This document shows, one piece after another, positions 42,817-55,854 of a stretch of DNA of 64,000 nucleotides. The translations under genes were made by a program, and so were the position numbers. Location: the NCBI RefSeq assembly GCF_006345805.1, contig NC_042997.1, forward strand, positions 86,304,001 to 86,368,000, in the 5' to 3' direction. Each line of letters opens with the position of its first letter. Position 1 is the first letter of the stretch. The DNA is from Octopus sinensis (lineage: Eukaryota). The notes beneath the pieces were generated by a model that worked only from the letters and a program-made list of their open reading frames with translations, was not told the origin of the DNA and did not search any database.

Positions 42817-43570
42817 TAGAGGGTGTTGACTAAGTTTGACAGTTCGACATAAAAGAGAAAACACAAAATTCCATCCAAAAATAAAGTATTTTAAAAATTA
42901 ATAAAAAATATCAGTTATGACTAGGAGACAACAGTCTACTCAAATAAGCTGCTCTTAGTTTCCATCATGCCCTCAAGATGGCTCCAGAACTGATGCATGT
43001 GTTCTATACTGTGTCGCTCGGAAGATTTTCGAACACCTTGATTTTCGCCACCATTCTGTTGCTGTCTTTCTTAACCGCGCCCCACACATAGTGATCCATT
43101 GGGATTACAATCGAGGGGATTAGACGAGAAATTGAGGCTGGTAAGGCCGTAGAAATTCTCCAACAACTACTACTGGCTTTTTCCGGACATATGCTGCCAT
43201 ACATAAGGCCTTTCAGCAGCAACCCTCCCCAGCCAAGAATTGGTCACAGTCTCTAGCAGCTTCACACAGCCATCTGCTCAAAGGTGTGCGGATGAATTCC
43301 AGCGTGCAGACATCAGCTTCACATGTCACGTTTTTTACAGTGTTCACAGAGAATTGGGCAGCAGTCATGATGTTGGCATTTCGATATTCGGCGCGAATTA
43401 TCGAATCCTCATGATACAAGTAACTCTTTTCCAATATTCAGATGTCTTCCAGTCCTCCATGTCAACTAGCTTTTTCTTGGCTACAACTTTACTCTTTATG
43501 CTCTCCAGTGCCGTTGACTGTTCACCAATACATCAAACCGTTCCTGAAAATTTAGCCCGGACACCTTGTA
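42817..43570 (-). mobile_element. Internally deleted Tc1/mariner fragment (maT/DD37D-like)
   Basis: Minus strand reads RPYVWQ.../SQ**LLENFYGL.../DCNPMDHYVWGAVKK. The TIR match is weak (tagagggtg at left, tacaaggtg at right). Confidence 0.7.
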
Positions 43571-45380
43571 TGTATCTAATTATTGACGCATAAGTGATTG
43601 TGTGTGTTTGTTTGTGCGTATGTGTTTGTATATGTTCTTTTACGTATGTACACGCAAGAAAAATATCCTGGCCCGATTATCACCCTATTTCGATTGTCAT
43701 TTCAAGGATTTTCGAGGTTATAAAATAACTGAAATTAATTTTTAATCAATCAGAGAACCATAATAAGGAAATGATGTATTTATTCATTGCTTTAATACTA
43801 AATGGCACCATGTGATTATTTGCTCTTATTCTTCTTACTCCAGCACAATTACGCGCCTGTTTAAAATATCTTCGTCTCTCCTCTTCAGTCATATTTTCCT
43901 CCAAACTTGTTCCACATCTCTTCTAAGTATTCGTATCTGTTCTATTCAGTAATGTTTTCTTTCCCTATAGCTTCAGCTTCCTCATTCGTCCTACGACACC
44001 TTCTTGCTGCATTTCTTGCATAAATTTCACTTATCGTTGTTCCTGACTCTTCTTTCAATTTCTCTTGTTTTCGTCGTATGATCTCTACCTCTCTCGATTC
44101 AGTCCTTGCAATCATACAGAAATGGTAAAAAAAAAAAAAAGACCGATAGAATAAGTACTAGGCTTACGAAGAATAAGTCCTAGGGTCGATTTCTTCGATT
44201 AAAAAGCCCCTTTAGGCGATGTTCCAGCATGGCTGCTGTGTGACTTACGCGAATAAAAGAATAAACTTTGAAACTAAAACTGTCATCATTAGTTGCCGGT
44301 CCCACTTGACTAAAACCACTCCTTCCTGAAGCTAACATCTCATTTTCATTACTAAGCTCATACTCGAATTTCTTGTTAATGATACCTAGTCAATAGAGCT
44401 TTTTCCTTCTATATTGGTTTGTCAACTATCTCAAGTGTTGTCTCAAGCTTAATATACATTACAATCAATGTAATTCTAATGTTGTTGTTTGAGCACAGAT
44501 GAACAAATATTTTTGAATTACGAAAATGTGATCATTTATTACATAATTACAGAAACATTTCGAAAGTAAAATCATGAATATCTTTAAGCAAAACACAATT
44601 GATTATTTGCAAAATTAATATATAATATATATTCCTGATTTCTTTCTCCATTTCTAATTCTTACAACTTTCTCCGAATATTATCTGCCTCTCTCGATTTG
44701 ATTTCGGTTAATAAATAGTATAATTTTCGAAGAGTAGGAACAGTTTACGAAGACATCTTGGTACACAGATCTTTCTGAAAACGTATACCATTATACACAC
44801 ACACAAAAAAGGAAACTTATGGCGAAAAAAGTTAGCAATCGCAACAATGCTTTTTGTCAAATCTGTCCCTAATATAGCTTCCGTTTTGGTTCTTAACTGT
44901 CTATTCGTCTGCATGTACGTACGTACGTACATTCGTACGTACGTACATACGTACATACATTCGTACGTACGTACATTCGTACGTACGTACATACGTACAT
45001 ACATACATACATACATACATTTCTCAACACAATTTCATACCGTTGAACAGAAACCTTACGACGAAGTAAGGAATCACTACTATATTTTTTGTCAAATCTA
45101 TCTCTCACTCTCTCCTACTCTCTGTATGTATGTGTGTATAAGTACACGGACTCACATACCTCAACACAATCTTTTATGAAATTAGGCTACCACTTCTAAA
45201 AATTACATACGGGGAAAAAATAATGAACTTCCGTTCTTTAAATTTCTCTTGAGAAAACTTACAAATAAATATTAGCTTTTCTGTTAAATTTTTAATAAGT
45301 TACTTTCTTCACAATAAGAGAGACCATGAATCCACTTCTTATACATTTCTCTCTCTCTTTCTCTATCTCGCACTCTCCTC

Positions 45381-45586
45381 TATGTATGTATGTATGTATG
45401 TATGTATGTATGTATGTATGTATGTATGTATGTATATGTATGTATGATGTATGTATGTATGATGTATGTATTATGTATGTATGTATATGTATGTATGTAT
45501 ATGTATGTATGTATGTATATGTATGTATGTATGATGTATGTATGTATGTAGTATGTATGTATGTATGTATGTATGATGTATGTATG

Positions 45587-45618
<32 letters not shown>

Positions 45619-45705
45619 TGTATGTATGTATGTAGTATGTATGTATGTATGTATGTATGTATGTATGTATGTATGTATGTATGTATGTATGTATGTATGT
45701 ATGTA
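45381..45705. repeat. (TATG)n tetranucleotide microsatellite, ~325 bp, imperfect
   Basis: Read directly. A (CGTA/CATA)n tract also lies at ~44912-45020. Confidence 0.98.
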
Positions 45706-46871
45706 GGAAAATAATAAACCTGATTTTTAAATTCCTCTCAAGAAAATTTACGAATAAATATTCGTTTTCCTAGTTAAATTTTACTGTCTTTACAATACTC
45801 ACTAGTAGAGTTGAGGGTCCATCATATGTAAAGATAATTATGTGAAGTCAATTTATTATGACGAAAGGATTTCACGCGTATCCCAGTTACGAAAATGTAA
45901 AATTTCATTATTCTATACACAGACATTGTCAATATTTCCTGTTAGTGATTTGTTGCTTATAATGTTTCGATGTTGGTAAACGACAGCATTCATCCACACA
46001 ACTTTTCCCTCATGACATAGACAAAGAGGCTAGGCTGAAAAAGAGGCTGAATGATGTCGTCTCCGCGTACCGACATTTTGTATACCAATACCGGAGGATC
46101 GCCTAATGCTGAATATACAAATAAAAACCATATAAAAATAAATATGTATTTTGATCTATTAAATGTTTCTTTTATGTCAATACTGTTTTAACTTCTACAT
46201 ATTTTTTTTAGTTGAATATGTATATATATATATATATATAATTCAATCAAAATATTGTTTATTTTGGGAACAAAACAACGTGTCATGCTCTTCTCTTTAC
46301 CCTCTCTGTCATCTTCCCCTTGCATCTTTTCTGTCTCTTGATACAGTTCTTGTAATTGTGCAATATAGTCATTGTCCCTCGTACCACACCAAACTTCATT
46401 TCGTTAATAAAATAATTTAAGAAACACTCATCTTACATTAAACTCCATATCCAAGATATAAGAAGACCATTTTACAAAAAAAAGTTTAAAAGAGGTCATT
46501 CATAGATATGTAGTTGGGAAAGAATTTCCTTTGTCTCGGTATACCGTTATACACATTCGACGAATACGGATCAAATAATAATAAATTCAACGTTCATTTG
46601 CTGAAGTTAATCTTGTATATATGTTACTTAGCATGTGCGCGTCCTTGTGAGTTTGCTATGATGGATGTTCGTGTATGAAAGTATTTGTGTGCCTCTCACT
46701 CTCACTAGCTCACTTCATTTTCTCTCACAACATCACTCCATCTCTATCTGTAATTACTACTACACAATAATGAGAACACAAACATAAACTATACAAGGAA
46801 AATCTACGACATCTATACTTCGCATGCTTTACGATTTTATCACCTGCCCATCTAGGCAAGGTATCTTACAA

Positions 46872-47012
46872 TGTAACGGTAAAATAAATATTTTCCTTAA
46901 AATTTCATGCCTTGTTCATCTTTCACATCTTACAACATGCCATTGTTATTAAATTTTAACCGTACAAATTCATAAACTTCTACCGTTACAGATTGGTGAC
47001 CCTACCGTTACA
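46872..47012 (+). mobile_element. Short LTR-like remnant with PBS
   Basis: TGTAACGGTA...TACCGTTACA (46872-46990) is followed by gatTGGTGACCC and a second TACCGTTACA. Confidence 0.45.
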
Positions 47013-47800
47013 GACAGGCTAGTTTGCTATATGTGGTAGCTTAACTCTGCCGTTCCGCAACAGTACGTGTTATAGTTATTGCTTCAATACTAAATGATGT
47101 TCCGCGGTTATTTACTGCTTCTCTTCGTACTCTTTCACGTTTGCATACCTGTCTGAATATCTTTATGTATCCCATGCATTCATATTTTCTCTCCAGTTAT
47201 GAAATTTGCTTCATTTCTGTTCTAGGCATTTTTGTCTATTCTCTTCGGAAACTTTTTCTTTTCTATCGCCAGTGAGAATAAAAGACACTGTTGCTTATGC
47301 TATTCTTTCCTAGCATAATCGTTCATATATTTTTTACCTTCGTTCATCATTAACAGCAGTACACATGGAAATCCCACGACATTTGCTTTATAAATTATTT
47401 CTTGTTTATATTTTTGCTAAGCATTGCAATATATTTTAAAAGCATGTATTCATGTAATTCTGTGTAGTTGTGTATTTTTGTAGTGAGCGTCCATTTACGT
47501 AAGTTTGTGAGTGTATTTATATAAAAGTATGAATGTCTGTGCGCGAGTGTTTCTGTGTAGGAGCGTGCACTTGTGTTTTTGTACGATGTAAATCTGTGAA
47601 TTTGTGTGTGCCTGTATGTATGTTATTTTACGTGTAAAACATATTTACGCTTGGAAATATCAAACTCATTTACTTGGGAAAGAGACAGCCATTTTAGCAC
47701 CAGAATAAGAACATATTTTCATTACTCCAATACAAAATGGTTCCTCATGATTAGTTGTTGCTATTCTACGTTCTCTTGGGCGGTTATGTATCTCTTCTAA

Positions 47801-48205
47801 ATATTGGTTTCAAATTTTGCCACGAGGCCAACAAGTTCGGGTGAGTGGTAAAATCGATTACATCGACCCCAGTGATCAACTGGTACTTATATTAACGACT
47901 CCGAAAGGATTAAAAGGCAAAATCGATTTCAGCAGAATTTGAACTTAGAACATAAAGACAGACGAAATGCCGCTAAGCATTTTGCCCGTCGTGTAAATAA
48001 TTCTTCCAGCTCGCCGCCTTTGTCCCTTCTTGTCTATCTTGTCTATCTTCATTCATATTTACTTGAAATCTGTTCCAAATTTGTTGTAGGTATTTTAATC
48101 TGTTCAGTTCAGTATTATCTTCTCTTCTTCTAAGGCGGCGAGCTGGCAGAATCGTTAGCGCGCCGGACGAAATTCTTAGCGATATTTCACTTGCCGCTAC
48201 GTTCT
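47801..48205. mobile_element. Two divergent SINE S1 copies (47801-48020 minus; 48132-48205 plus, head only)
   Basis: gccagctcgccgcctt-type head ends near 48020, and aaggcggcgagctggcag starts at 48132. Confidence 0.8.
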
Positions 48206-49093
48206 TCGGGAGTTTTTCAAGAGGATGTTCAAGGCGTTTTCCTTATTCCAACAAAAATTTAAGGAGTGCGCGAGCACCTCTTGCACCCCCAGTTCCCGAG
48301 CCTGTGGTTCTTGCATAATAAATTGACTTAGACCAGCAAATATCTTTACGTTTGATGAATCCCCATTTTGGCGGCAATTTAAGACTGATCACCAGAATAA
48401 GGACATGTCTTCATTGCGTCAATACTAAATGGTACCTCGTGAATATTTATTATTTTTGTGCTCGTGCATGGTTATGCGCTTGTTCTAATCATTGTTGTCT
48501 ATCCCCTTCATTCATATCTCCTATCCAGGATATGTCTTATATATATTTTACGAAGGATGATATTTATCGCCACTTAAATATAGATGTTCTATTAGAACAA
48601 ATTATACTGCGGTAGTTACCATGAGAGAAAGTCTCATATTGGCTTTTTGATAACTACTGCAGTGTAGTTTGTTTTAATAGAATATCCACGTTTAAGTGGA
48701 GATAAATATTACTTCACGGTATTAACACTGTCTCTAGTACATATTTTACGAAGGAAGTTACGGACACTGTTCTTTAATAACATAGATCGTTGAGAAAACT
48801 CCTCATCTGAGTCATACCGTTATACATGTTGAACGGAGAAAGTTTGGAACGCGGTTATGAACAAATACAAATAAAATTTCCGTATTCACGATATTCTGTT
48901 TTAATGTGTGTGTAACCTTGTGCAGTAGAAGTGATTTACACTGTCATTGTTTGAGATGTTTTCATTTTGACTCATCTAGGCTTAAATACCCCAATATCGG
49001 CTCCACAAGGCCTTTTCGTTCTAGCGGTCACATGACCTCGTGATTAAACGAACCTGTTGTTTGTATTGGTCGGTCCAGCTGTCCAATCGAGTT

Positions 49094-49255
49094 GGCGCAA
49101 GAGTGGCTGTGTGGTAAGTAGCCACATGGAAACCACATGGTTCCGGGTTTAGTCCCACTGCATAGAACTTTGGACAAGCGTCTTCTACTATAGCCTCGGG
49201 CAGACAGAAGCCTTGTGAGTGGATTTGGTAGATGGAAACTGAAAGAAGCCCGTCG

Positions 49256-49286
<31 letters not shown>

Positions 49287-49493
49287 GTGTATATGTTTGT
49301 GTGTCTGTGTTTGTCCCCCAACATCGCTTGACAATCGATGCTGGTGTGTTTACGTCCCCCTAACTTAGCGGTTCGGCAAAAGAGACCGATAGAATAAGTA
49401 CTAGGATTACAAAAAATGTCCTGGGGTCGATTTGCTCGACTAAAGGCGGTGCTCCAGCATGGCCGCTGTCAAATGACTGAAACAAGTAAAAGA
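49094..49493 (+). mobile_element. SINE S2, full length
   Basis: Head ggcgcaagagtggctgtgtggtaag...ggttccgggtttagtccc, an internal (TA)n/(TG)n tract, and tail gtcaaatgactgaaacaagtaaaagag. Confidence 0.9.
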
Positions 49494-49626
49494 GTATACC
49501 ATTTTTACATTCCCCTTCATTTACCATTCGTTATACTTGTATGTGAGAGTATTTTTGTCCATGTTTGCTCATGTGCTTTTGTGTAATCCACCTCTCTCTT
49601 TCTCCCTTCACAAGTGTGGATGTATG

Positions 49627-49673
<47 letters not shown>

Positions 49674-50311
49674 TGTGTGTGTGTGCGCGCGCGTGCGTGC
49701 GTGTGTGTGAGTGCGTGCGACCGCTTACCATAGTAGCCAAGGGTTGTTTCTTACTATTTGTGTGACTTTGAAGCATGGATATTAAGTTTTAGATGCTAAT
49801 TGCTTGAAGTCCTACAAGAGGATACTAGATTGTAGTTGTTTCGAACACAGAAATGTTTTTGTCACCGGAACGAAAGTCGTTATTATCAGTTGTCGATCCT
49901 AGTTAGCACGGCCTCATTATTCCTCCCAGGATGTCAAACTTCATTTTGATGACAACACTAAGGTCTCTTGCAATGACATCTAGCCATGAAACCTTTTCTA
50001 ACCAGATAGCTGACCTAGTACACCAAAAGATATGTAAAAGTGCTACATTATCTATAGCTGTGATGCACTGCTTTGCAAATTGTCCTCAACGAAAATTCCC
50101 ACACCGCACCGAAATGTAAGAACAACATGTAAGAACAGCATGAAGGTATGAGAGGTATATAAGATGTAGTAATATCTAATATTCTGTTGTGGCTAATTTA
50201 AATGAATAGCTAGATCCAGTAGACAACACTACTGTTTCCTAATAATGGGAATATGAATAAAAATGTCATGTGTTTTCGTTTTTTTTTAATTCATCTCCGT
50301 TTTGCAAGAAT

Positions 50312-50518
50312 TTTGATTTTTAATTATGGTACAAGGCTAGCAATTTTAGGGGAGATGGTAAGTTGATTAGATCAACCCCGGTACTCAACTGGTACTTATT
50401 TTATCGATCCCGAAAGGATGAAAGACATAGTCGACCTCGGTGAAATTTGAACTCAGAACGGACGAAATGCCGACAAGCATTTTGTCCGGCGTGCTAACAA
50501 TTCTGTCAGATCGCCTTA
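50312..50518 (-). mobile_element. SINE S1 with perfect 15 bp TSD
   Basis: TSD CCGTTTTGCAAGAAT at 50297-50311 and 50519-50533. Confidence 0.9.
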
Positions 50519-50553
50519 CCGTTTTGCAAGAATATTAGTTTTTGTTTATATGT

Positions 50554-50950
50554 TCTTTTACACGTTTCAGTCATTTGACTGCGGCCATGCTGGAGCAGCG
50601 CCTTTAGTTGAAGAAATCAACCATAGGACTTATTCATTGTAAGCCTAGTACTTATCCTATCGGTTTGTTTTGCCGAACCACTAAGTTTTGGGGACATAAA
50701 CACACCAACATCGGTTGTCAAGTGATGGTAGGGGGACAAACACAGACACAAAGGCACACACACATAAATATACATATATATACTTGACGGGCTTCTTTCA
50801 GTTTTCGTCAACCAAATCCACTCACGAGGCTTTGGTCGACCCGAGGCTACAGTAGACGACACTTGCCCAAGGTGCTACACAATACAACTGAACCCGAACC
50901 ATGTGGTTAGGAAGCAAGTTTTTTTTATCATACAGCCACGCCTTGCGCCT
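50554..50950 (-). mobile_element. SINE S2, full length
   Basis: Matches 34297-34703. Partial S2 pieces also lie at ~14150-14275, 24851-24985, 44130-44265 and 53931-54006. Confidence 0.9.
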
Positions 50951-51201
50951 ATTACTTATACCGAGTACAAAACAACGAGTCATGCACTTGTACAGTAAAC
51001 TGTTTTTCAATAATTCCTTTTGAGGTGAAAGGGGCCGAAACACCTACAGAGCTTCTTCACTGCTTGATGAGGCATCGACTCTTGTATTCAGGGACGGAGT
51101 GCAGCACCACTCTCAGCATGGAAGTGTTTACCCAAAACTTGCTAAACGCTTTAATGTATGCATATATGTGTGCGTACTTGTGAGTTTGCTGTGGCGAATA
51201 T

Positions 51202-51258
<57 letters not shown>

Positions 51259-52619
51259 TGTGAGAGAGAGAGAGAGAGCGTCGTACTACAGCAACTAACT
51301 TGATTTACTATTTGAGTTATTTCACTTACCTTTACACATTTCACAAATACATATTTAATTTTAGATGTTAATTGCACAAAATCTTGACAGAATATTTCAC
51401 CATCTGAAAAGATCAAACTCTAGTTATTTCAAACATTGGAAAATCGTCATCATCAGATGCCACCCCTGTTGACAGAGACCTCATATCTTTTTTGGAGCGT
51501 ATTTCCGGCAATGATATCTCATCAGGAGAGTTTTTCCTATTGCTTGAAAGATGAGCAAATAAGTTTGGGTTCTAAACCATTTATTACCTCATGATAGAAA
51601 CATTTGAAAACCGATAAGCTGTAACATCTCTGTTTATGGAAAATATATTTGATTATTTACATTATGTGCGAATATTATATATATAAAAAAAAATTAAAAA
51701 TTAAAACTAACTCATTCGCGGACAAGTTAGTTTACCAAATCTGGTAGCTTTGCCGCTTTGACATCACCGTGATACTGTAGACTACCATAATAAGGATATA
51801 TATTCATTTGTGCACTGCTAGATGGCACCTCGTGATCTGTTGCTGCTATTTTCCGTAGTCTTTCATGATTAAGCACCGATTGTAAATATCCTTGCTTATG
51901 CTCTTCATTCATCCTTCCTTCCCAACCCTAAAATCTGTTCCACATTCCTATGTATTCTTGTCTTTTCTCATCGGTAATGTTACACACACACACACTTTTG
52001 AAATGTTTGTATGATGACCTAATAAATAATCATATTTTCCTGACCTAAACATATTTATTCATCTTTCTTATCTTCAAAGGTTGGATGCGAGCCCACTATC
52101 GCCAAATTTAATTTTCTATAATTCCGAAACACATGGAAATAGGAAAAAAATATGTGCGATAACTGGACCTGAATATTTTCCTGGCGTGCACACAAACATA
52201 TACGCACAAACACACAGACACACACTCATACAACATACAAAGCACACTCAACACAAATACTCACGTACACATATATTTACATATTCATACGTGAACGCTC
52301 ACTATAGCGAACAAATAAATACACAAACTTAACTAAATACATACACCTATTTTAAAATGTTTTTCAGTGCTTAGTAACATATAAAGAAGAACTAATTCTT
52401 ACACAAGAAGGATGAATATAAAAAAAAAACGCCAAGAAGCTCATGAATTTTTTTCCTTTATTCGGAACTTCGTATTTAAAATATATGGAGCGGAATATCC
52501 AGGAGGGAGTTTTTCCAACTATCTATAATATCAAAAGCACTGCCTAATTTTCACCGAAAAATATGTGTAACATTATATCCTGGATACAGTGTTTTACCAA
52601 ATATAAAATGAAATGTTTC

Positions 52620-52786
52620 AGAAATATTTTATTACCGGGATGGAATTTCATGTCAGTAGAGATAATGAACGTATTGGAATACTGCAAGAATTGAATTGAA
52701 AGAGGCAGAGAAAATACAGGTAAAGATTGTGAAATTGTGAAGAGAGCAAAGAAATAAGAGAGAGAGGGGGAAGAGAGAGAGGGGGA

Positions 52787-52822
<36 letters not shown>

Positions 52823-53280
52823 CAATCCGGTAAGACGAAAAGCATTAACTAACGAAATAAGCACAAAAATTCATGCAAGAAAGGCCTCTAGAGGGTGTAT
52901 GATGAATGAAGAAGCTAAAGATAATAGGGAAAAAGTTAATGATAGAAACGAATATTTAGCACAAGCAAGAATATGAGAACAGGGTAGAAGAGGAAACTTT
53001 ACCGAAGAGAATAAGCAAGCAAGCATACCTAGAACAAATGTGGAACAGATGTCAGCCTTGGAGAGGAAGTATGAAAGAAGACAGACAAGGTTAACGGGCG
53101 CGTTACCATGCAAGATCAAGACAAATACTAACAAATAATGACGAGGTGTCCTTTGGTATTGGAATAATGAATAAGATGCCCTTATAGCAGTGTTTTACGG
53201 TATCACGGTGAAGCCTTAAACTGCTATCAAAACGGCAAACATAATTTACCAGATTTAGCAAACTAACTTGTCTAAACTGA
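52620..53280 (+). pseudogene. Helitron N-terminal module copy, inverted relative to most copies
   Basis: Plus strand reads gaaactttaccgaagagaataagcaagc...gaacaaatgtggaacag...gtgaagccttaaactgctatcaaaacggcaaac, which is the reverse complement of the majority copies. Confidence 0.7.
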
Positions 53281-53809
53281 ATGTTGTACTTTTAGTAAGC
53301 AGCAATAATTAATGAAAGCACCGCGAATGAAATGACAGGATATTATTATCGACTTGGGAAATGTTTATGACTGACACTTTACTACAAATGTGGGCCGTAG
53401 AATTGCTAAATGTTTTAAAAGATATTACTTTATGTGTTATGCAAATAGTCAAATGTTTTACTTAAAGAGAAAGGATGTTGAAGCATGTCACTTTTGAAAT
53501 ATTCTTATTGTGACGTAATAAAGGGTCAGATTTTCGTAATCCAAAAGTATTTGTTCATCTTTCTTATTTTCAAAGGTTGGAAGTGAGTCTACAGTCATTA
53601 ATTTACATACCGACATTCTTTAATTCCGAAACATCTGGAAATCAAAAATTCGCAAATTGTGTGATAAACGGGCCAGGACATTTTCCTGATGTATACACGT
53701 GTACACAAACGTATACAAACATACGCACAAACACACCGACGTATACTCAGTCAGCGCATAATCAACTGCATATTCACATACCAAGCACTCATGAACACAT
53801 ATACGCACG

Positions 53810-53844
<35 letters not shown>

Positions 53845-55130
53845 ATTAAAACATTCGCGTACATAAGTGAACGCTTACACAGATTTGAATACGAACACGT
53901 ACATAAAAATGTTTTACAATGCATAATAACAGGCGTGGCTGTGAAGTAAGAAACTTGTTTCTCAACCACATGGTTCCTGGTTCAGTCCCACTGTGTGGCA
54001 CCTTGGTTATTACACAATCTGGGTAATTTTTGATTTGGTGATTGTAGATTCACTTCCAACCTGTCTAGATACGAAAGATGAACATCTTTTTTTTTTTAAG
54101 ATAAAACACATTTGACTGTTTACATTACATATACATACATAACGGGAAGGTTTACGAAAATAAACAAAAGACGAAGGCAGGTGGAGTACAAACAAACAAT
54201 TGTATTCGTATAGCGCTCAGGAATAGAAATAGAAAAAGTCTTTCACGTTTCGAGCCTACGCTCTTCGACAGAAAGATACACAGAAAAAAACAAGGCGAGA
54301 AACAAGGAGAGAAAAAAATGCGTGTAGGAGCTAACATACATATATGTACGTACCTACCTCTACATGTATATATACATGCATATATGGGTACAGGACACCA
54401 AAAAAAACGTCCAACACAATGAGAAACGAAAGCATAAACACAAAACCAAGGAAATGGACATTTTTCTTAAACAACAAAAAAATAGAGTACAGGACATACA
54501 ATACAAGGAAAATTCCCCTTCTTCAGTCGCCTTTGTTTCATCTACTCCACGTTTCGAAGGTCAAGGCGATACATGACTTTAATGAAACATTCCTTCCCGC
54601 GAAAAGCAAATTAAATAAAATTTGAGATTTTTTTGCGGAGGGGTAAAAATGGTAACACAAACAGGACAGTAACGACAGTACAAAATATAAACAGTAAAAG
54701 ACAGGACAAGGAGAATAACAGTAACACAGACAAGAAGGGCTGTTAACCCGAACGAGATAAAATATTACGAACGCTATTTTTGAGAACGGCGAAGGAGCAA
54801 CAGAAAATGCCGTTTACACTTGAAGGAAGCCAGGTTAGAAAGACAGTAGCAGAGCTCTCGTCGCGGGTCAACGACGGGAGGGAGGAGGAGGAGCAAGAGA
54901 AAGGGAGAGAAAAAAGGGAATGGTTGTAGAGAAAACCAGAAAGAATGAAGAATGAGAGAGAGAGAGACAGTAATGTAGAAGAAAAGGAAACCCGAAAGAA
55001 TGAAGGCTGAGAAAGGGAGTGGGAGAGAAAGGTTAAGAGTGCGCATCATTATTAATATTAAGAACAATCTTACTTAGAAATGGATGCGTGCGTTCCGTCA
55101 TATAATAAATTAATAAATAAATAAAACATA

Positions 55131-55176
<46 letters not shown>

Positions 55177-55854
55177 ATACATATAATATTATATTATATT
55201 ATATTATATTATATTATATTTCTCGTAAAAATTCTGCGACCTATATTTGTAGTAAGATGTGAGGCATAAATATTTTCTCATCCGATAATAATATCCTGTC
55301 ATTTCATTCATTTATTACTGCTTACCTAAAAGTACAGCATTGGGTTTAGACAAGCTATTTTAGTAAATCTAGTAACTTACCATTACCGTTTTGGCAGCAA
55401 GCGTAACGCTTCACGTGATACTGCAGAACACCGTTATAAAGACAGGTATTTATTTATTGCTCCAATACTAAATGGCTCCTCGTGTTATTTTACTGCTATT
55501 TTTCGTGCTCTTGGACAGTTATGCCCCGGTTCTGAATAACCGTTGGGATAAAATGATAATTAAAAAGCAATTGTTATTATATTTCTTAAAACACCTTATC
55601 CGTGATAAGGTGTGTGTGTGTGTTGTTTTTGTTTTGTTTTTCATTTCATTTTTTGCAAGAATTAGTTTTTGTTTATGCTAATTACAGTGATACCTGGCAG
55701 TACGAGTTTAATTCGTTCCATGACCCACAAAACCAGACCAAGAATGCATACAAACATACGCATAACCCACACACATGCGCGCGCACACAGACTTACATGA
55801 AAAGGTACACACACTTTAAAATATCTTGCAATGGTTAGTAACGTAGAAACAAGG

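Noticed and set aside
45326-45706. Long ORFs rich in C/V/M/Y or H/T (also 13587-14051, 27715-27990, 44708-45179 and others)
   Set aside because: These are translations of microsatellites and not real genes.
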